This document shows, piece by piece, positions 1 through 12,482 of a stretch of 32,781 nucleotides of DNA. The stretch covers positions 16,071,188 through 16,103,968 of the forward strand of contig NC_057751.1 of NCBI RefSeq assembly GCF_004010195.1, written 5' to 3'. A model generated the notes under the pieces. The model ran no database searches. It saw only the letters and a program-made list of their open reading frames with translations, and was not told the DNA's origin. Both the position numbers and the translations under genes were made by a program. The stretch comes from Chiloscyllium plagiosum (taxonomy: Eukaryota). How positions within the stretch are numbered: the stretch's first letter is position 1; each line of letters opens with the position of its first letter.

Positions 1-1419
1 GGGGCAGTAGATTATGCCCCAAACCCCTCGATGACCTTTCAGTCCCTTGGTATGCAGTATAAGATCAGCTCCCCTCCCCCAGGTGCTGATCTGGGTCAGT
101 GAGCAGAATCGCAGAAGTGAGCTGCCTTCATTACGTAGTGTTGTTTGGTATGCGAGACTCCTGTGCAGGACGCTTGTATTTGTTTACACAGCAGGAGGCT
201 AGGCACAGTTTTCCACTGTGCAGAGGAGATTAAAAAACACACACAAACAGCAGACCACTGAGGCATGGAGCCAGAACCCTGAGAGAACACACGCAACCCT
301 TTTGTTACGCATGACACAACTCTGGGAAAAATCCTTACAGTCAGCTCCGAGTTGGGGAGGGGGGAGTCGGGCTGGGGCAGGTTGACAACTCCTCTCCCCC
401 CCCCACCCCCTCCACTGACACTGGAGTTGTCCCAGCCCCCTCTCTCTCTTCCAGCACATGCTGGCATCGTCGGCCAGGTCAGGGACAGAAGATATTCAGA
501 GGCATGGAGAGAGACAGGTCTGCCAGCGAAGGCAGGAAATAAACAGTGCACTACAAAACCGAACTACAACTCATTCCTCAACCGGTGACCTTTATCCTTT
601 TCATGAAAAGATGAACCTCACGATACGCCCCCTTCTTTTCGGTTTGACTGTAGAGTGGGGGATCACTCCGTGGAAGTCACTGCACCCAGAAACAGGCCAT
701 TTGGCCCACAATGCCGACGGGCAATCCGCCTCATCCTGGGGTACACCTCCCTTTCTCCCCTTCACCTGCTGCAGCGAGTTCCAAATGTCAGTGGCTCTGT
801 CTGAGGGCCTCAGTCTCACAAATGGCTGTTTATTGCTTACAGGACGCTGGGCAAGGGTCTCGCTTCCCAGCCTTACCATTACACCCTCTCTCCCCCACCC
901 CCGCATCCAGAAACGGGATCGCCGTCTCAGGACTTGGGGTAGGCCATTCAGGAGTGGGAAAGGAGGAGGAGAAACCTCTTGATTCACAGCGTGGTGAGCC
1001 GGCGGAATTGCCTGACATGGAAAACAGGGGAGGCCGAAACATTGCACGATTTTCAATACTGAGTGGGACACAGCGCTGAGGGTTAAAAGGGATGGAAGGA
1101 CATTGAGGGGGAAGTGGGAATAGACGATCAGGGTAGATGATCACCACACTCACATCCAATGCTGGAATGGACCTCAAAAACATTCAGTCATACTCCCATT
1201 TCCTGTATTTAATAAGATCAGAAACCTCCAGCGGCTCACTTGATATGGGCTCATCCAAAAATTGTCATGGGCAGGAAAATCCAAAACTTGTTGCTCCAAT
1301 GGCTGACTTTTGACTGCTCTCACAGCAATGGCAACCTTGTCCTGTCCTTTTCCAGGATTTTGACCTGGTGACACCGAAGGAACCTCGATCAAAGCCAGCT
1401 GTTGGGAGGGGACCTTGCG

Positions 1420-1950
1420 GGGGATAGTGTTTCTAGGTATCTGCTGCCCCTTGTCCTCCTCGATGGAAGTGGCCGTGGGGTTTGGAAGGTGCTGTCTGAG
1501 GAGCCTTGGGGAGTTGCTGCAGTGCGCCTTCTAAGTGGTACCCACTGCTGCTACTGAGTGTCGGGGGGTGGAGGGAGTGGATGTTTGTGGGTGTGGGGAC
1601 AATCGAGCGGGGGCTGCTTTGACACTGGATGGTGTCAAAGTTTGAGTGTTGTTGGAGCTGCCCCCCCCCCATCCAGGACAAGTGGGGAGTATTCCCTCAC
1701 ACAGTCCTGACTTGGGCCTTGTCGATGGCGGGGGACAGGCTCTGGGGAGATCGAAGGCAGTGAGCACTGACTCAGGGTGTTGAAGCAGACATTTGAACAT
1801 CGACCAGATCTGTTGGAAGGATGAGGCAAGTTGTTTCCAATTGAGGATGGTGAATATCTTGAAGGGGATGGGGTTCCCATGTATCTGCTGCCCTTGGCCT
1901 GCTTGACAGAGATTGTGGGTTCGGAAGATACTGAAGGAGCCTTGGGTGAG
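1420..1950 (-). mobile_element. LINE (CR1/L2-group) fragments
   Basis: gtatctgctgcccttgtcct...gagttgctgcagtgc...gttgttggagctgc; homologous to 19070-19400 and 28560-28880. Confidence 0.7.
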
Positions 1951-2904
1951 TTTCTGAGGTGGCACATACTGTGCGACCAAGAGTCGGTGGTGAATTTATT
2001 TCTCCCTTATGAGACTCAAAGTCAAGTTTTATGACGTTCCTATCAAGAGCCTTGGAATGTAACTTAACAAGGCACAAACTATTCTTTCTGTCGCTGGTTA
2101 GCGTGTTGACGTGACCTTGAGGCGTGGTGTACGGAGCACCGAAACCATGACTGCCTCAGACGTCAGGTCATCGCTCCTCAAGCACGTGGGAGACTCCAGC
2201 AGAAATCGAAACGCCTCAGTGAATAGTTCATTGCACTAGCCACAAAAGAAGCACTACGTCAGCTCAGGCCACAATGCTCGCTGTGATTTCATTACAAATT
2301 CCAGCGCTTGTTTGCCTTTCGGGGAGGTTCCGAGCAGCAAACACACATTTCTACCCGGCATGCTACACTCCCACAACAAAAACAAAGAGCCTGAACCCTT
2401 TCAGCTGGGATTGCAGGAGCTTTGTGCAACACACAGCTGATGAAACTGCCCAGGATGATCAGTACACACCCAACTGTTTCCCTTAGATGCTCTCAAGTCC
2501 CATCCACTTCAGGGGTTTGAGCCTGCTTCCTTCAGCCAGAAGTGTGGTGAAAATTCCTAGAAACACGGACAATGGATATTCACAGCTAGTTACCACGTCC
2601 TCTCCCTTACACCCACGAAAGTTGGGAGCGAGTTCTGTTGAGACGAAGATAGGAACTATAAGGGCAGGCCATTCGCACCTGCTCCACAATTCGATGGGAT
2701 CGTGGCTCTTTCCTCAGCAGTTTTCCCTTGACGCCTTTAAAATTTAGAAAGAAACCAATCTTTGCCTTGTGCTTTCTGGGATGGAGCATGCCAAAGATTC
2801 CCCACCCTCAGTGAAGAAATTCCTCCTCATCGCAATCCGAAAGGGCCTTCCCATATTCTTGGACTGTAACCCTTGGCTCTGGATCCACCTTATTCAGTGT
2901 CCCA

Positions 2905-3360
2905 TAGTTCTGATGCCTTTGACCAACTGCACAATCAAGGAGCCCGAGCTGAACTGCGGCCAATGGAAATCAGGAGATACTTTCTGCTGGTTGGAGTCAG
3001 ACCAGGCACAAATGATGATCTGCAGGGAGGTCAGCCATCTCAGCTCCAGGACATCTCTGCAGGAGTTCCTCAAGACACTGTCGTCAAGCCCAAACATCTC
3101 CAGCCACTTCAGAGACTCTCCCTCCATCACGAGGTCAGACTTCCACCGATGATTGCACACAGTTCAGCACCATCTTGTAAGGCATGGGCACACCAACCCC
3201 TCCACGTTACCCTCAACGTCCTGACTTGGAAATACACTGGCCGTTCCTTCAGTGTCGCTGGGCCAAACTCCTGGGACACCCACCCTGACTGCACTGTGTG
3301 GGGGTCCCGACACCACATGGACTGCAGCGGTTCCAGAAAGTGGCTCACCCCCCACCTTCT
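2905..3360 (+). mobile_element. Degenerate CR1-group LINE RT fragment and 3' part
   Basis: QDISAGVPQDTVVKP is a decayed GVPQGSVLGP RT motif; followed by the tgacttggaaata..gttccttcagtgtcgctggg tail seen in other copies. Confidence 0.65.
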
Positions 3361-4149
3361 CGATTATGTGGTGGCAGAGGGAGACGAAAGAGAGAGACGG
3401 GGGAAGATGAGCCACACAGTCACATGACACCTGATTGAGCAAAAACACAGCTGGCTCAGGAGGCTCCCAATTTAACTGGAACATCAAAGTTTAATTTCAT
3501 GTCACAGCAAATACACTTGCACAGCATGAAATGCTCCAAAAATCTTCAGGGAGTGCATCTCCTACCCCAGTCATTTGGGTGTGTCTCTTGTGTAACTGGC
3601 TTGAGCAAAGATTCCCCGTTTCATCAACAATGCAATGTATATAGGTCAAACACAGTGTTGCAGCCCTTCTGCGAGACAAGAGACCAGAACTGACCAAAGC
3701 ATCCCTAAAAATAACCAGCAGGCAAACGCACACGCAATTTGCTGCAACTTCCTGCGTTCAGTAAACTTTTACTATTTCTGAGGCAGCACTGGTGACCAGA
3801 AAGGGGCTTTTTCAGAGATGGAACTGAAGTGCTCCAAAGCTCAACGATCAGGTCAAAGAGATTAATTACGTCCATTTCAAGTAGCTGAAAGTTGCTCACG
3901 GCTGGCAGATTTCTTTTTCTTGAGAGATACGTAAAACTGATCAGATTGCACCATACAGTTGGGTTTTTGTCCAGACAAGATCCAGTTGGTTCACCACGTT
4001 GAAACAAGGATCTGAGAAACATCTAACTGAACTTGTAAGCATTAAGACCCATGCTCTGCACGGGATATCTGACAAACCCCCAAGTAGCTCCATGTGCGTT
4101 GACTCACTATATGTCAATTCAGAACTTGTTTCGCTTGAGCTGACAGTTC

Positions 4150-4475
4150 GCCAAAGATCCTCAGACTGCACCTCACAAACCCCACAACCTCTTCCATCTG
4201 GAAGGGCAAGGGGCAGCAGATACATGGGAACACCAACCTCGGAGCCATTCACCATCCCGACTCAGAAATGTATCGGCCGTTCCTTTAGTGTCGCTGGGTC
4301 AGGATCCGGGAACTCCCTCCCTTACAGCTCTGTCTGGAGTTCCCGACACCACACGGGACTGCAGCGGTTCAAAGGAGGCAGCTCACACCCACCTTCTCAA
4401 GGGAGAAACAGGGCAATAAATCCTGGGCCCGGTCAATGATGCCCACATTTCATGAACAAGCAGAAAAAAAAAAAG
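4150..4475 (+). mobile_element. LINE (CR1/L2-group) 3' end
   Basis: aagatcctcagactgcacct...gggcagcagatacatgggaacacca...ggcaataaat...cccacattt followed by an A-run; homologous to 25680-26110. Confidence 0.75.
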
Positions 4476-4794
4476 AGAATCCTACATGGAGCATACAGAG
4501 TGGGCACATGACTAACATCATACCTTCTATCTCAAAAATGAGGCGTGGTCCAGCTGGAGGATGGAATAATTCATACTTCAGGCAACTAAGGTGGCAAACG
4601 TTAGAGAATCTTGCTCCCATGGAGAGTCCACAAGCAAATTCAAACATAGTCGTGACTTCCTATCCACTTAAAAATCGGAACACAGCAAGCAGGAGCAGGA
4701 GACCATTAAACCCCTCAAACCTGCGCCAGCATTCAACTGGAACAATTGGGGCTGATGTTAACTCTCGATCTTCTTCCACACTTCCCCATATCAC

Positions 4795-5010
4795 AGAGTC
4801 ACGTTGCATGGAAACAGACCCTTCGGCCCAAACCCCGTTCCCTAGGCTGAACGAGTCTCATTTGCCAGCATTTGACCCCGTATCTCTGAACCGTTCCTAT
4901 CCACGGACCTGCCCAAACAGCTTTTTAAAAAAAGTTCTAACGCTACCCGCCACTTCCTCTGGTGGCTCATTCCATACATGCACGACCCTCCACGTGAAAA
5001 GGTTCCATTG
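4795..5010 (-). mobile_element. CR1/HER1-like LINE 3' fragment
   Basis: atggaaacagacccttcggccca...ccacttcctctggtggctcattccatac; homologous to 5215-5575. Confidence 0.7.
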
Positions 5011-5214
5011 ATATCTTTAATATCTGGAAATCTCCATCTTGAACACACTCCATTACTGAGCCTCCAAAATAAGACTGCCCAGAATCCGAGTGAACAAATT
5101 CCTCCTCATATCGTGACTGACACCTCAACCTGAGGCCGCGTCCCGTTGCGGGGGGAGGGGGGGTATCTACCTCACCGAAACACCGAGAAGTCCACCTGCT
5201 TCAGGAGGATCACT

Positions 5215-5575
5215 TCGAGTCATAGAGATGAACAGCACGGAAACAGACCCTTCGGTCCAACCTGTCCATGCAGACCCAGATATCCCAACCCAATCTAGTC
5301 CCACCTGCCAGCACCCGGCCCATATCCCTCCAAACCCTTCCTATTCATGTACCCATCCAAATGCCTCTTAAATGTTGCAATTCTACCAGCCTCCACCACT
5401 TCCTCTGGCAGCTCATTCCATACACGTACCATCCTGTGTGTCAAAAAGTTGCCCCTTAGGTCTCTTTTATATCTTTCCCCTCTCACCCTAAACCTATGCT
5501 CCTCTAGTTCTGGACTCCCAGACCCCAGGGAAAAGACTTTGCCTATTTACCCGACCCATGCCCCTCATAATTTCT
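5215..5575 (-). mobile_element. CR1/HER1-like LINE 3' end
   Basis: RGERYKRDLRGNFLTHRMVRVWNELPEEVVEAG; same family as 27670-28145. Confidence 0.88.
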
Positions 5576-5881
5576 CTCACTCTTCTCAATGCTGGAGAAC
5601 ACCAGTCCCATTTCCACCCGCTTGCCCACCTGCCACCCCAACCAAATCTCTCAAACGCAGCTAGATATGCATTCTGCCCATCTGTGCCCCTCCCTGATAT
5701 ATTTTCGAACTGAACGCTGGCAGAGTTTCAGCACCCATGCCACCATTGCGAAAACCAGAGCTGGGTTAGACTACTTGCACCCAAAACAGGGTTAGCGCGG
5801 GTCTCCCAATCTTGGCACAGCCTGGCACAGCATTCACGTCTGGGGCCCAGGGTAAGGTCGGAGAGACGTTCAGCCACTCAC

Positions 5882-6231
5882 CCGACTTTGCTCCGGGTCT
5901 TGTTGCCGTACAGCTCGCTCAGACTGATGGCCGCCTGGCCCAGGAACTTGTCCAGCCCCACCAGCGCCCGGTGCATGACGGTGAGGCGCAGGGTGCTCTT
6001 CTCGCCCCGGCCCGACTGCAGCGGGGGCAACTCAAACTCCGCCTCCTCCCGCCACTGGGGGGCGGCGGTCTTCTCCGCCACCGAGCTGGAGTACTGCTCC
6101 TTGCCCAGTTGCATGATGGCGTAGGCGTCATTGGTGCCATCCTTGCCTTTGCTCCGCAGGCCCCGAGACCGGATCACCACCACCTTGACGTGCGTCGGGT
6201 ACCACTGCTGGCTCTGCGCCAACAAAGACAT
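5882..6231 (-). CDS. RAB11FIP1: Rab11 family-interacting protein 1 (class I FIP), first coding exon, C2 domain; the gene continues beyond the window start
   Basis: ATG at 6231. MSLLAQSQQWYPTHVKVVVIRSRGLRSKGKDGTNDAYAIMQLGKEQYSSSVAEK...LRLTVMHRALVGLDKFLGQ matches the class I Rab11-FIP C2 domain, with an N-terminus most like fish FIP1. Phase-2 donor GG|GTGAGT at 5882/5881; upstream acceptor tttggcag| at 6258/6257. High GC at third codon positions. Confidence 0.88.
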
Positions 6232-6314
6232 GCTGGCACTGCCCTGAGCAACGAACCCTGCCAAACCCAGAGAAAATGAAATGTCAGAATCACAATTAAA
6301 AAAAAAAACTCTCT

Positions 6315-7047
6315 TTCGAACATGACCTCAGGGAGGTTTATAAAATCGTGGGGGGGCATAGATAAGGTAAACAGCAAGTCTCTTTTCCCTAGGGTGGTGG
6401 AGTTCAGAACTAACAGGCGTATTTCATTACAGGAACTGCTGGGAAAGACCAGCAGGTCTGGCATCATCCGCAAAAAGAGATCAGAGTTAACCTCTGAATG
6501 TTTTGAAGGCAAAGACTGATAGATGTTTGAACAGTTGATGAACTGAGGGTTGTGGTGAGCGGTCGGGTAAGTTGAGCCGAGTCCAGAAAACATCAACCAC
6601 GATCATACTGAATGGCGGAGCAGGCTCAGTGGGCCAGATAGCTTACTCCTGCTCCTATTTGTTACAAAATGTTAACTCTTGATTTCTCTCCGCAGATGCT
6701 GCCAGGCCTCCTGAGCTTTTCCAGCAATTTCTGCTTCTGATCTCCAGCATCCGCAGTTCTTTCAGATTTCATTTGGCATACTTTTTAAGGTGAGGGGAGA
6801 ACGTTTTACAAAGGGCACGAGGGGCAAGATTTTTTTAAAAAACACAGTGGTTCACGTATGGAATACAATGCTAGAGGAAGTGGCAGGTACAAGATTTAAA
6901 GGACATTTGGATAAGAATATGAACAGGAAAGGTTTGTAGGGATATGGGCCATATGCACGCAAGTGGAACTGGTTCAGTTTGGAAACATGGTCAACTTGGA
7001 TTAGTTGGATCTAAGGGTCTGTTTCCATGTTCTATGACTCTATGACT
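6315..7047 (+). mobile_element. CR1/HER1-like LINE 3' end, interrupted at about 6425-6774
   Basis: gaggtttataaaatcgtg...gcatagataaggtaaa...; resumes tttaaggtgaggggagaa... and ends ctatgactctatgact. Confidence 0.75.
6425..6774. mobile_element. Older Penelope-like hairpin whose centre is occupied by a CR1 3' fragment, nested in another CR1
   Basis: Inverted degenerate arms at about 6430-6492 / 6670-6735 plus tail. The host CR1 is interrupted at ggcgtattt (6416) and resumes at ggcatacttt (6775). Confidence 0.55.
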
Positions 7048-7237
7048 AATTATCTGAGACCCCCTCCACCCCGAGACAATTCAGAACCATGAAACACACA
7101 TTTTAGTATTTTATTTTCGGCACTCATAAGGGGGAAAAACAATGTGGCATTCAGGCCAAAACAAAAACAGTATTAAAGACAAAAGTTTAGACTTAGTTGA
7201 TAAAAAAACAAATATTTTTTAAAAAAGGTAAAATAAG

Positions 7238-7505
7238 ACACGGATGCTGGAAATCTGAAATACAAACAGAATGTGGAGGAACACAGCAGGGACAATTGCT
7301 GGGAAACACTATCAGAATACTGTAGTCAGGTGGCTGGTTTCAACTTGATGGGCTGAAAGGCCTTTTTCAATACTACAGGTCTCCACGTCTCTGGGGAAGC
7401 AGGAAACAGAGTTAATGTTTTGAGTCCACGTTCAAAGTGAACTAGACTCAAAATTCTAAGTGTCTCCCCTCCACAGTGCTGCCAGAAATTCTCCAACATT
7501 TTCCA
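7238..7505. mobile_element. Degenerate Penelope-like hairpin remnant
   Basis: ggatgctggaaatctgaaatacaaacagaa...gagttaatgttttgagtc ... gactcaaaattctaag...ccacagtgctgccaga: decayed inverted arms of the related subfamily. Confidence 0.45.
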
Positions 7506-8664
7506 CTAAGATTAAAGATGATCAAAAAGAATAGACAAAAATAATAGAACTGAGCCAAAACAAATCAGATTTTATAAAGCTCAAAATTAATAATGAGTTC
7601 AGACAAAACCACAGGCTACGAAGTAGAGACAAAAAAAAATTGAATGTTTGAGACAAAAACACATATAAAATCCATAAAAATTTTGAAGACAAAATTGATT
7701 GGGGTGCCACAATTTTAAAAACTGAGGGTCATAATTAGGGTAAACAGGAATAAACTTTACCCAACAGTAGATACGGGTGACCAAGTTACTTAGAATGTAA
7801 TTTTAAAAATTAATGATGGGCGTAGACAGGAATAACATTTCCCCTTGATGGAGGGATCAATGACCAGGGAAGGGAGTGGGGGAAACAGAATTAAGAGAAG
7901 GAGCAGTGGGTTTAGATGGGGATAAGAGGAAAATTGTTTCCTGCCAGAGGCCGGCGGTGAATCTGGAACTCGCTGCCAGCAAGGGTGGGAGAGGCTGGAG
8001 GAGGATTTAGATGGGCACTCGCCATGCCAAGGCTACGGAGCACGAGTGGCTGGCAAACGGGGATTGGAGTAGTTTAAATTTTGTTGAACAAAAGCCAAAG
8101 TAGTTCTCTGTTTTGAAACAGCTGCATGGGCTTTGCCCTATGTTCCAACCCAGGGGTTTTTCCCCAGTCCAGGGAGTGTCAGATTGGGGAAGGGAAAGAG
8201 AACAGTGTCAGGGATTGGGGTGGGGGAAGGTGGAGAAAAGGTTTTTATTCCATGTTTAAAACAGTGGAATAGTTCAGGCGCTTGGCTATCGACTAGCAGT
8301 GACTCGACGGGCCGAAGGGCCTTCATGTGCCCTGTCGAAACCCGAGATAAACAAGGTTCCGGGAGTCAAAACCCAAAATAAACCAGATGCGAAAGACGAA
8401 TTGGTCGGAGCGCCGTGGGGTTTAAAATCAGATGTGTTTGCAAAAAAAAAAAATTGAGAGGATGGCGTGAGGGAATGTTTTTAAAATCCGATTTGAACTG
8501 GAGACTTTCCAAGTTGGGGCGCAAAACGCTCGACTTTCGGCCGATCGCTCGACGATGTTAGAAATTTAATTTCCATAAATAACTTTCTTTTTTTAAAAAA
8601 AAACCCCAAATTTGTGGTGCTTTTGTACACAGTGGGTGGGTGGGTGGGAGAGTTAAAGACTCAC

Positions 8665-8740
8665 CTGAGCACCGCTCCTCCAGGTTGTTACTCTCCAGCT
8701 GCTTGGATACTTCTGGCCGGCACTCGCTACATTGAATCCA
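8665..8740 (-). other. RAB11FIP1: Probable non-coding exon 1 of RAB11FIP1 (5' end approximate)
   Basis: Consensus donor CAG|GTGAGT at 8665/8664, directly downstream of a GC-box/CCAAT cluster; pairs with the acceptor at 6258. Confidence 0.6.
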
Positions 8741-9490
8741 CCTGACTTCACAAGGAGGTGGGGCAGCCCGCCCGGCCCCGCCCCCCCCCCCACCGCTCCC
8801 ACTCCAGCCAATCACCAACCGGACCGCCGGGGAACGCCCGCCTTACCCCTCCGTCCTCATTGGTCCGCCTGTCTGCCACTCATCGCGCGGCGCCCCTTTC
8901 CTCCATCAATGGCTCTTCCGCCTGCCACTCAGCGCGCGGAGGGGGGGTGGGGGGGCGTTGCCCCGCCCTTTTCATTGGACCTGCTGCCTGCCACTCACAA
9001 CCCCTCCCCCCCCACCCACCCACCACCACATCACGGCGGCGCCTGCCACCCGCCGCGTACGGTGTCCCTCCTTCCCTTCCTCACTGGTCTTTCCACCTGC
9101 CACTCACCGCGCGGTGTCTCGCCCTCCCGTCTCACGAAGCCCTTCTGCCTGCCACTCAGGTTGGGGGCCCGCCTTCCTGCCGCCTCACTGGCTGTTCCGC
9201 CTGCCACTCATCCCGCTTTCTCCGCCCACCTCCACAACCGTCGTCAACTGCCACTCACCCGCGCGCGGGCTCCCAGCCTCATTGGCTGGCCCGCCCCGCG
9301 GTAACCAATCACCGGAGGCTTTTCGCTCCACGCCCCTCCCAGCTCACCTGTTTTGTCAGGTGAAGGGGCGGGGATATCATCTCCATAGCAACCAGATTGA
9401 AGTCACTTGGGATGGGGGATGGGAGGTGAAGGTTTGGCTCCCGCAAGCGGGAATGGGCCATTCGGCCCGTCGAGTGCGTGTTCCAATGGC
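8740..9490 (-). promoter_or_regulatory. CpG-island promoter of RAB11FIP1
   Basis: CpG-rich. GC boxes (e.g. 8766-8782), CCAAT/ATTGG at 8808, 8859, 8974, 9281 and 9305, and repeated CTGCCACTCA motifs. Confidence 0.75.
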
Positions 9491-10519
9491 AATGAGTTCG
9501 ATGGAAACGCTTTGAAGAAGGGTGAGGACTCTGAGTCTGTTCCCCACAAGAGTCTAGAAGTACGAGAGGGGTGGACCTGATTGAAACCTTGAGACTACCC
9601 AGGGGTCTGGATGAGGAGAAGATGGTAGGACTCGATGACCCTTTAGAACTGAGACCAGGAGGAATTTCTTCACCTGGGGGGTGGTGACCTTGTGAATCTT
9701 ATTGGCACACGAGGCTAAGACAAGTATTTGAGACACAGGCGCACAGGATCAAGGATCACGGGGAGAAGGCAGAAGAATGAGGTTCCGAAACATACCAGCC
9801 ATGATCGAATGGCAAGGCAGATTGTAGATTAAAATGGACTTTTCATAGATTCCCTACAATGTGGAAGCTGGCCATTTGGCCCATTGGCCCATCGACCTAG
9901 CCAGACCCCTTGAAACATTTCAAGAATGTAGCCCAAACCTTAACTTCGCTCATTGTTTTAAGCAAGTGTGTCACGTGGATAATCCTGGAGTGATGCAGCT
10001 GGCCCAACCACTTACGCAGAACTTATTTGCAAGATTACCGAATGAAACTCAAGCAAAAGGAACGCAATACAGAATAATTTAACCTATCGGAAAACCCAGC
10101 AGATTATCCCAATTTAATGATGCCGTTCCAAATACTTATAACAATCCCCATTAAACACCTCTTGGCAGAAAAAAAGGTAAAATCAAACACAGGGTCTTAC
10201 AGGAGAGAAAAGATGGCAGGGAGATTCAGCATGGAACACCTTCTTCCATGCAGCTGTTCCTTTGACCAGCTGAAACTGACCAGCAGTGCTAAACAGCCAG
10301 ACCGCTTGCTCAACCCAAACCAAACCAGAGATAACTGAGTAAGGAGAACTGGCCACCCCCCTTTCATTGTGCAAGTATATTTTTCTAAAACTTAAAAGCT
10401 CCTGTAAGTCGATCAACCCCACACATTTTGGAGCCTGTGTCTTTACGACCTCCTGAAACAAAACTAAGTACAACCTTACCTTGTTAAACAAGCAGGACTC
10501 ACGCCAAACCTTTGAAGAG

Positions 10520-10742
10520 CACTCCACCAACCCCCCTCCACCCCCATGCATTTCCATGGCCAACCAACGCGTCCCTGGACACTACAGAACAATTTAGCAT
10601 GGCCAACCTGCACCCGGAGGAAACCCACACAGACAAGGAGAATGTGCAAACTCCATACAGACAATTGCCCGAGGGTAGAATCGAACCCAGGTCCATGGTG
10701 CTGTTATGCAGCAGTGCTCGCCATTGAGCCACCATGCTGCCC
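10520..10742 (-). mobile_element. HE1-like tRNA-derived SINE
   Basis: Head ggcagcatggtggctcaatgg, B-box-like ggttcgattc, core gtttgcacattctcc...gggtttcctccgggtgc. Confidence 0.8.
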
Positions 10743-10859
10743 TCTGACAGGCCAAATGGCCCAATTCTCCTCCTGTGGTCTTACGGAGATATAGGCTACA
10801 TCAGTTGGATGTAATTTGAGTCTCCCATTCTGAATGAAGTATGACACCAATATTTATAC

Positions 10860-10955
10860 TGGAAACAAAAAATACTGGAAATCACAGCAGATCAGGCAAG
10901 TAGAGAAAGCGCATGCTAACGTTCTGAGTCTCGATGGCTCTTTTCACCAGAGCAG
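10860..10955 (-). mobile_element. Degenerate Penelope-like fragment with decayed hammerhead
   Basis: Minus strand gct-CTGGTGAA-aagagccatcgagactc-AGAACGTT-agc, followed by tgcctgatctgctgtgatttccagtatttt. Confidence 0.5.
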
Positions 10956-11989
10956 TATTTCTAAATTGGCTGCTAACTTCCCTCTGTTACACCAATGGTC
11001 ACCTTTCCAGACTGCTTGGTGGGCTTTGAAGTGGCTGTGGAAGGTGCTACATCATCGCAGAACCTCCTGACATGACATTTGTACCGTCCAGAACCCTCTG
11101 ACCTAGCAATGATACTGGTGGCAACCACATTCAGCTGACTCTGAGAGCAACACTGTGAATGCGGGTGATTCATGCTGCAGAAGTAATGAGTTTGTTTTGT
11201 TACATAGAGATGCAAAAAGAACTGACACGCGTAAATACAGCACATGACTTCTGAATGATAAGCTACCACATAGATGGGGCAGTCCGAAAGTCGGCAATGA
11301 ATTAGGCAATGATGTTGTTTGAAAACAAAAAAAAAACTTTCGATCCACTTTTTCCCGGCTCTCAAATCAACAATTATTATCGAATGATCCAGTGCAATAA
11401 TTAAGAACAACACAAGAAAACGATATAACTGCATGTTCAGGAAGGCATGTGCACCAGCCGCAGTTAGGGTCAGGACTTGGAATGTGCTTCAGCCTCGGGG
11501 AATGAATAAGTTAACAGGAAGGCTCCGATTAAGGAGTTTTGAAAGAAGGAACTGGCTTTTCAGAGATGGTGAGTGAGCTCCAGGAACTATTAAGTGTCTG
11601 ATTGTGTTGATAGTTCCTCTAGATTTGTCCTGGTTTGTGTGGTCACATTTTGAAACCCTGCTGCCTTTTACGCATCATCAAGACTGCAGCAGTGGTGCAA
11701 ACCAAACATTATTTCACCATCAGATTAATCACTCACGCCCTGGGTAAGAATGCACAGAGCAACTGCTAGCTGTCCAGCGGTCTCTGTGCCGCACCTATAA
11801 TAATCTGACTGTGAACCCTCCACCTGGGCCTCAAACCTAAATCCCTCACATGCCTTTTTTCTGAGGGAGGACAATCAGGGCGGGCTGCCAATGTACTCGA
11901 TGACGTTTTGCTGACTCACTTTGTCGGATTTTTGCCAAAGAACTCGGGCTGGTAGTTGCTAAATTCAGACCGGCGTCCTGAGTTACAGG

Positions 11990-12482
11990 ATCTCTACAGT
12001 GTGGCAGCAGGCCATTCGGCCCATCAATCTGCACTGACCCTCCGAAGAACATCCCATCCAGCTCCACCCCCCCCACACCTCATCTCTGTAGCCCTGCATT
12101 TCCCACAGCTAAACCACCTAGCCTGCGCATCCCTGAACACTATGGGTAATTTAGCATGGCCAATCCACCCTAACCTGTGCATCCCTGAACACTATGGGTA
12201 ATTTAGCACGGCCAATCCACCCTAACCTGCACATCCCTGAACACTATGGGTAATTTAGCATAGCCAATCTACCTTAACCTGCACATCCTTGAACACTATG
12301 GGACAATTTAGAACGGCCAATCCATCCTAACCTGCACATCTTTGGATTGTGGGAGGAAACCAGAGCACCCGGAGGAAATCTACAGGCAAAATGTGCAAAC
12401 TCCACACAGACAGCCACCCGAACCCTGCAATTGAACCCTGACGCTGCGAGGCAGCAATGCTGACAACTGAGCCACCGTGCCG
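11990..12482 (-). mobile_element. HE1-like tRNA-derived SINE with an internal 52-bp tandem array
   Basis: 5' head cggcacggtggctcag on the minus strand; V-SINE-like core; 52-53 bp unit starting at 12119, 12171, 12223, 12275 and 12328 (partial). Confidence 0.8.

Noticed and set aside
1-5881. Further RAB11FIP1 exons or a nested gene
   Set aside because: No match seen to the expected next exon (W.KL.SKPGKKEKERGEI-like); the ORFs here are repeat-derived or featureless.
5812-6279. Plus-strand 155-aa ORF and other overlapping ORFs
   Set aside because: Antisense or alternative frames of the RAB11FIP1 exon.
8732-9515. Three overlapping 185-201 aa Pro-rich ORFs
   Set aside because: Expected from GC-rich, stop-poor CpG-island sequence.
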